A stretch of 36,411 nt of DNA from a virus, in the IMG/VR virus record IMGVR_UViG_3300029558_000072, positions 1 through 36,411 of that record, one strand, 5' to 3'. Position 1 is the first letter of the stretch; each line of letters opens with the position of its first letter. The position numbers were made by a program, and so were the translations under genes. The notes under the pieces are model-generated. The model did no database searches. It was not told the origin of the DNA and worked only from the letters and a program-made list of their open reading frames with translations. Below, piece after piece: positions 32,115 to 36,411 of the stretch.

Positions 32115-33308
32115 ATGGAAAAGCGGAAATTTAACGTGATGGATGTGCTGGGTGAGCAGCTGGCCGGCGTGGCGGACACCATGCGGGAGATCTCCATCGA
32201 CAACATCCGGGACAACCCCCGGAACTTTTACCCGACGCCTGACTCTCAAGCGCTGCGGGCCTTGGCGGACTCCATCCGGGCCAACGGCCTTTTGGAGCCG
32301 CCTACGGTTGTCCCTGCCGGTGACGGCACCTATCGCCTGATCTCCGGCCACAGCCGTCTGGCTGCCATTAAGGCCCTCCGGGAGACGGAAATCCCGGATC
32401 AGTGGGCAACCGTGCTTTGCCGGGTGCTGCCCCCCATGTCGGAGGGGCAGGAGCAGGCGGCGGTGATCGAGGCCAACCGCCAGCGGGTGAAGTCCAATGC
32501 CCTGCTGGCCGATGAGGCGGAAAAGCTGACGGCGGCTTATATTAAGCGCCGGGAGGCCGGTGAGGAACTGCCGGGCCGCATCCGGGATCATGTGGCTGCA
32601 GTCCTACAGGTCAACGCTACGAAGCTGGCCAACCTTGCGGTCATCAAGAAGGGGCTGAAAGTGCCGGGGATGGTCCGAAAGTGGGAGGCGGGAGACATCC
32701 CGGAGGCGGTGGCTCTGGAGATTGCACGGATGGACATTGAGGAGCAGTACCGTCTGCTGGACTGGACGATTGAGGGCGAATCGCATTACTACAGTATTCG
32801 GGACGTGAAGATGTTCCACACCCTCTGGACCATGTTCCCTCACAACTGCCCGGAATCCTCCGGCCTGTGCCCCAACGCCGGACCGATGTATGACCGGTTC
32901 TACACATACGGAGCGCTGAACAACTGCGCAGGGTGCTGTCGCTCGTGCAACAAGAGGGACACCTGCAAGACGGTATGCCAATATTTCAAGCCGGAGACAC
33001 AGGCGGAGCCTGAGCCGGAGGTCAAGCGCAACCCGGCGGTGGCGGATCCTCGCCTGGACTACAAGGTGATGGTTCCCACCTTCTGCCAGCGGGTGAAGGA
33101 GCTGCGGATCCAGACCGGCATGAGCCGGAAGGAATTTGCCCAGAGCATTGACGAGTTCCCGGGGACGTACAGCGCGTGCGAGAACGCCTCCATGTGCGGA
33201 TCGGAGAAGATCGCCAAGCTGGCGCTGTGCTTTGGCGTCAGCACGGATTACCTCTACGGCCTGACGGATGATCCTACGCCGTCAGCGCAGAAAGGAGCGG
33301 ACACATGA
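32115..33308 (+). CDS. parB: ParB/Srx-like N-terminal domain protein fused to a Cys-rich segment and a C-terminal XRE HTH
   Basis: GLLEPPTVV...YRLISGHSRLAAIKAL (ParB-N). C-x6-C...CAGCCRSC...C-x3-C cluster. C-terminal MSRKEFAQSI...GVSTDYLYGLTDDP. Confidence 0.75.
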   Translation: MEKRKFNVMDVLGEQLAGVADTMREISIDNIRDNPRNFYPTPDSQALRALADSIRANGLLEPPTVVPAGDGTYRLISGHSRLAAIKALRETEIPDQWATVLCRVLPPMSEGQEQAAVIEANRQRVKSNALLADEAEKLTAAYIKRREAGEELPGRIRDHVAAVLQVNATKLANLAVIKKGLKVPGMVRKWEAGDIPEAVALEIARMDIEEQYRLLDWTIEGESHYYSIRDVKMFHTLWTMFPHNCPESSGLCPNAGPMYDRFYTYGALNNCAGCCRSCNKRDTCKTVCQYFKPETQAEPEPEVKRNPAVADPRLDYKVMVPTFCQRVKELRIQTGMSRKEFAQSIDEFPGTYSACENASMCGSEKIAKLALCFGVSTDYLYGLTDDPTPSAQKGADT

Positions 33309-33421
33309 GATACACAGGGCGCGGGAAGCGCCGCAGCCGGGTCCTCCCGGTGCTGACTCTGGCGGCCGCCGTGGCTGCCGTGATCCTGCTGACGGTAGCG
33401 GCCAAGGGCGTGGCCCTATGA
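33305..33421 (+). CDS. 38-aa membrane peptide
   Basis: ATGA overlaps on both sides. MRYTGRGKRRSRVLPVLTLAAAVAAVILLTVAAKGVAL. Confidence 0.45.
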   Translation: MRYTGRGKRRSRVLPVLTLAAAVAAVILLTVAAKGVAL

Positions 33422-33633
33422 CCGCGCCGCCGTGTCTGGCCTGCCCGGATCGCCGGATCGGATGTCACGATCCGGCGGTCTGCCCCCAGTGGGCGGCCTA
33501 CGAGGAGATCCATAGGGCAGAGCTGGCAGCCATGCCGTCCCGTAAGGAGTGGGTGGACATGGTGGAATACATCCATGATCGGCGGCGACGCTATATGCCG
33601 GGCCGCTGGAAAAAAGGAGACAAATCATGCTGA
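33418..33633 (+). CDS. small Cys-rich protein
   Basis: ATG 33418 is the internal start of track ORF 33268..33633. MTAPPCLACPDRRIGCHDPAVCPQW... Confidence 0.55.
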   Translation: MTAPPCLACPDRRIGCHDPAVCPQWAAYEEIHRAELAAMPSRKEWVDMVEYIHDRRRRYMPGRWKKGDKSC

Positions 33634-34025
33634 ATCATATCGTACTGATGGGCCGTCTGACCCGTGACCCGGAGCTGCGGCACACCGGCAGCGGGCTGGC
33701 CGTGGCGTCCTTCTCTCTGGCCGTGGACCGGGACTTCAAGGGCCAGTCCGGCGAGAAGGAGACGGACTTCGTGGACATCGTGGCGTGGCGCTCAACGGCG
33801 GACTTCGTGAACAAGTTTTTCACCAAGGGCCGCATGGCCGTGGTGGAGGGCCGCTTGCAGCTACGGGACTGGAAGGACAAGGACGGAAACAACCGGCGCT
33901 CCGCCGAAGTGGTGGCGGAGCATGTGTATTTCGGGGACAGCAAGCGGTCCGAATCGGACACACCGCCTGCGTCTGGGGACTTCCGGGAGATCCCGGAGGA
34001 TGAGGAAGGAGAGCTGCCGTTTTGA
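33627..34025 (+). CDS. ssb: single-stranded DNA-binding protein
   Basis: NHIVLMGRLTRDPELR OB-fold start and acidic tail ...DEEGELPF. Confidence 0.95.
   Translation: MLNHIVLMGRLTRDPELRHTGSGLAVASFSLAVDRDFKGQSGEKETDFVDIVAWRSTADFVNKFFTKGRMAVVEGRLQLRDWKDKDGNNRRSAEVVAEHVYFGDSKRSESDTPPASGDFREIPEDEEGELPF
33947..33959. repeat. GTCCGAWTCGGAC palindrome, copy 8 of 8 (centre A)
   Basis: Exact match in the linker region of ssb, read as S-E-S-D. Confidence 0.95.
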
Positions 34026-34402
34026 GAGATCAAGAACTCGTAAATGCGCTGCGGACACAAGTGGAGGTAGTGCGGAAAATAGGACTTTACCCGGGCAAAT
34101 CTGGGATATGGGCAGTGATTGAGCAGGCATCCGACCGGATCGCCAACCAGAGCACCCACATCGCGGCGCTCCAGCAGAAAATTGAGAAGCTGCGGGGGCA
34201 GAATAGACAACTGATTCTTGAACGCAACTATGTTATGTCGATAATTGCGGATGTCAGAAAAGGCGGAAAGACGTGGATGTGCCAGTATTGCTCTCATTGC
34301 AAGGGCATCGTAAGCGGCATGGCTGACTGCGATTCCAAAAAGCTGTGTGTTATGCCATATAGTCAGTTTGAGCTAAAAAGGCCGAAACCGCCGGAGGTGT
34401 AA
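34022..34402 (+). CDS. hypothetical coiled-coil/Cys-rich protein (paralogue of 35465..35731 at its N-terminus)
   Basis: TTG start overlapping the ssb stop. Shares MRD..LVNALR and an 18-nt identical stretch with 35465..35731. Confidence 0.55.
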   Translation: MRDQELVNALRTQVEVVRKIGLYPGKSGIWAVIEQASDRIANQSTHIAALQQKIEKLRGQNRQLILERNYVMSIIADVRKGGKTWMCQYCSHCKGIVSGMADCDSKKLCVMPYSQFELKRPKPPEV

Positions 34403-35276
34403 TGATGTCAGACCTTGAGCAGACCGCAATCGAGCGGCTGAAAGCGGCATCGGATATGAGCCTGCGGCTTTTTGAGAAGCCGTTGGTAATCACTTACTCC
34501 GGCGGCAAGGATAGCGATGTGCTGTTGCATCTGGCAAGGGCCAGCGGCATCCCATTTGAGGTATTGCACTCCCTCACCACGGCGGATGCTCCAGAGACGG
34601 TGCGCCATGTGTACGATACGTTTTATCGGCTGGAATGCAAGGGAATCAAGTGCGACGTGGACAAGCACGTCCAGCCGGACGGCTCCCGCATGACCATGTG
34701 GAAACTGATTCAAAAGAAGCTCATGCCGCCCACACGCCTGATGCGGTACTGTTGCGCCGTCCTTAAAGAGGGGGGGGCAAGGATCGGTTTATTGCTACGG
34801 GCGTTCGCTGGGCGGAATCCACGGCCAGAAAACGCCGTGGCGGCTTAGAGGTATTAACGCCTAAGCCACAAAACAAACTGATCCTATCAAACGATAACGA
34901 CGAGGACCGCCGATTATTTGAAACGTGTCAGCTCAAGGGGAAACGAGTAGTAAACCCCATTGTGGACTGGCAAACGGCAGATATTTGGGATTACGTCGGC
35001 GCCGAAAAAATCCCCATGAACCCGCTGTACTGCGAGGGATTCTGCCGGGTTGGCTGCATTGGCTGTTTTATGGCATCCAAAACCAGAATCATGGAATTTG
35101 CCCGCTACCCAGAGATCAAGGCAGCGTGGATTCGTTCGTTTGACAAAATGTTGATAATACGGATCGAAAGGGGCATGGAGGCATACTCTTGGCGCTCCGG
35201 TGTAGATGTATTCCACTGGTGGATGGAGGACGGCGTTCTGCCGGGGCAGGAAGTGCTTGGGGGGTTCGAGGAATGA
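34402..35276 (+). pseudogene. PAPS reductase / PP-loop ATP pyrophosphatase family gene interrupted by a frameshift at a G8 tract
   Basis: PP-loop ITYSGGKDS. The frame changes at GGGGGGGG 34770..34777. The -1 frame continues KDRFIATGVRWAES...NPIVDW...RVGCIGC to 35276. Confidence 0.8.
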
Positions 35277-35455
35277 CAAACTTTGAGTTTTACACGGAAA
35301 ACGCAGCCAGATTGGGTGAGCTGATCGAAAAAGCCGTGGATGACGCGCTGGAAGCAAAGGGCTGCTCACTTGATCTGAAATACCCGGAGAAACTGTCCAA
35401 TACCGATGATACACGCATGGTGACGTGGGCAAGCTGGCTGAATGAAGAAATGTAG
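35273..35455 (+). CDS. hypothetical acidic protein
   Basis: ATGA overlap with the upstream stop. 60 aa. Confidence 0.55.
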   Translation: MTNFEFYTENAARLGELIEKAVDDALEAKGCSLDLKYPEKLSNTDDTRMVTWASWLNEEM

Positions 35456-35464
35456 GGAGGAACT

Positions 35465-35731
35465 ATGAGAGATACAAAAAACCTCGTAAATGCGCTGCGG
35501 CGCTGTGCAGGCGGCTCATTGTGTAAATGCTGCAAATGCGAGTTGTATTGCGAGAAAAATTGTGTGGGCGTACTGAAAAACGCTGCTGCTGACTTGATCG
35601 AGAACCAGCAGCGGCACATCGAGGCGCAGGCGAAAGAGATTGACGCGCTGCGGAACGAACTGTGCCTGAAATGCGGAAACTACACGCTGGCCCATGAGGG
35701 GGCCTGTAACGGATGCCGGTGGAGGAGGTAA
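35465..35731 (+). CDS. hypothetical Cys-rich protein
   Basis: GGGAGGAACT RBS. CKCCKCELYC...CLKCG...CNGC. Confidence 0.65.
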   Translation: MRDTKNLVNALRRCAGGSLCKCCKCELYCEKNCVGVLKNAAADLIENQQRHIEAQAKEIDALRNELCLKCGNYTLAHEGACNGCRWRR

Positions 35732-35735
35732 GAAG

Positions 35736-36215
35736 ATGGAACGATTGACTTTTGACGGTAATTTCTGCGATATCGTCCAGTGTGAAAACACCCCCAACGG
35801 GAGTTACTGCGAAAGCGACGGCAGCTGCTTCCTGCGGAAAGTGTGGGAGAGGCTAAAAGCCTACGAGACCACGGGGCTGACGCCGGAGGCGTGCGCTGAG
35901 GCACGGGAAGCCGGAAAGGTGCTTTCCAGCTGCGACATATCATTCAGAAGGCTTGCGGAACTGCTTACAGCCGACAGAGCCGGTCGGCTGGCGGTGCTGC
36001 CGTGCAAGGCGGGAGATACGGTGTACCGAATCGTTCGGGACGCAGACCTGCATATTGCACGGGACGAAGTGAGAAATATGTACTTTGCTGACGATATGAC
36101 GTTGTGCGTTGAGCTGGTCGGCGGGCGGATTATCTTGTCGGAGAAATTTGGTAAGACCGTATTCATGACCCGCGAGGAGGCGGAGAAAGCATTGGGGGCG
36201 ATGAAGGATGAATGA
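35736..36215 (+). CDS. hypothetical protein
   Basis: ATG 35736 follows GGAGGAGG. 159 aa with a ...LPCKAGDTVY... motif common in phage early genes. Confidence 0.65.
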   Translation: MERLTFDGNFCDIVQCENTPNGSYCESDGSCFLRKVWERLKAYETTGLTPEACAEAREAGKVLSSCDISFRRLAELLTADRAGRLAVLPCKAGDTVYRIVRDADLHIARDEVRNMYFADDMTLCVELVGGRIILSEKFGKTVFMTREEAEKALGAMKDE

Positions 36216-36411
36216 CCTAAAGCCGTGCCCGTTCTGCGGCGGTAAACTGAACTTTTACCGGGAGAACTATGTGAATCGTTTCGGAAAGCGCATCATTGAG
36301 CAATACTGGATGCACGATGATACAGATTGTGTCCTTAACGACATAAATCAGCCTTTTGTTTTAGGGGCTGGAGACGCAAATCCGGAAACGGGTTATCCGG
36401 GAGAGTATGCT
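36208..36411 (+). CDS. Lar-like restriction-alleviation zinc-ribbon protein, 5' part (continues at 100..132 across the circular junction)
   Basis: MNDLKPCPFCGG... N-terminus and ...WNRR C-terminus after wrapping. The frame is open to the window end. Confidence 0.6.
   Translation, partial: MNDLKPCPFCGGKLNFYRENYVNRFGKRIIEQYWMHDDTDCVLNDINQPFVLGAGDANPETGYPGEYA
36313..36411. repeat. 99-bp terminal overlap, second copy of 1..99
   Basis: Exact identity read directly. Confidence 0.95.

Noticed and set aside
31339-33308. A canonical chromosomal-type parS (TGTTNCACGTGAAACA) near parAB.
   Set aside because: I found none by eye anywhere in the window. The isolated CACGTG-containing strings lack the flanking arms.

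Overview
The window is a complete, circularly closed genome of a temperate siphovirus-like phage. It is high-GC (about 60% by eye) and the host is probably a Gram-positive Clostridia-type bacterium. The first 99 bases recur exactly as the last 99, giving a unique length of 36,312 bp, and one ORF reads across that junction. Gene order on the + strand: small Cys-rich early genes; an HUH rolling-circle Rep-like gene with an AT-rich palindrome and a Cys-rich KTR-type gene; an HNH endonuclease; a 635-bp GC-rich non-coding (cos-type) region; TerS/TerL; portal; ClpP-type protease; an HK97-type capsid with a cadherin-like C-terminal extension; neck genes; major tail; a G/GT chaperone with an A_AAA_AAC -1 frameshift; tape measure; distal tail and baseplate; two glycine-rich-domain fibre proteins; a convergent-promoter small-peptide locus resembling a type I toxin-antitoxin; holins; two cell-wall enzymes; a sigma-r4-like regulator; a six-ORF accessory operon; and attP with a tRNA 3'-end fragment. 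On the - strand: integrase, a membrane-anchored XRE regulator, a DUF4236 protein, a secreted protein and a CI-like repressor. Back on the + strand: Cro-like, Xis-like and XRE genes; a replication initiator with internal iterons; DnaB; ParA; an unusual ParB-like fusion; SSB; a PAPS-reductase gene broken at a G8 tract; and more small Cys-rich genes. The most striking non-genic signal is eight exact, dispersed copies of the palindrome GTCCGAWTCGGAC. I saw no rRNA, no complete tRNA and no CRISPR array. Functional names come from recognising motifs and architecture by eye, not from database searches.
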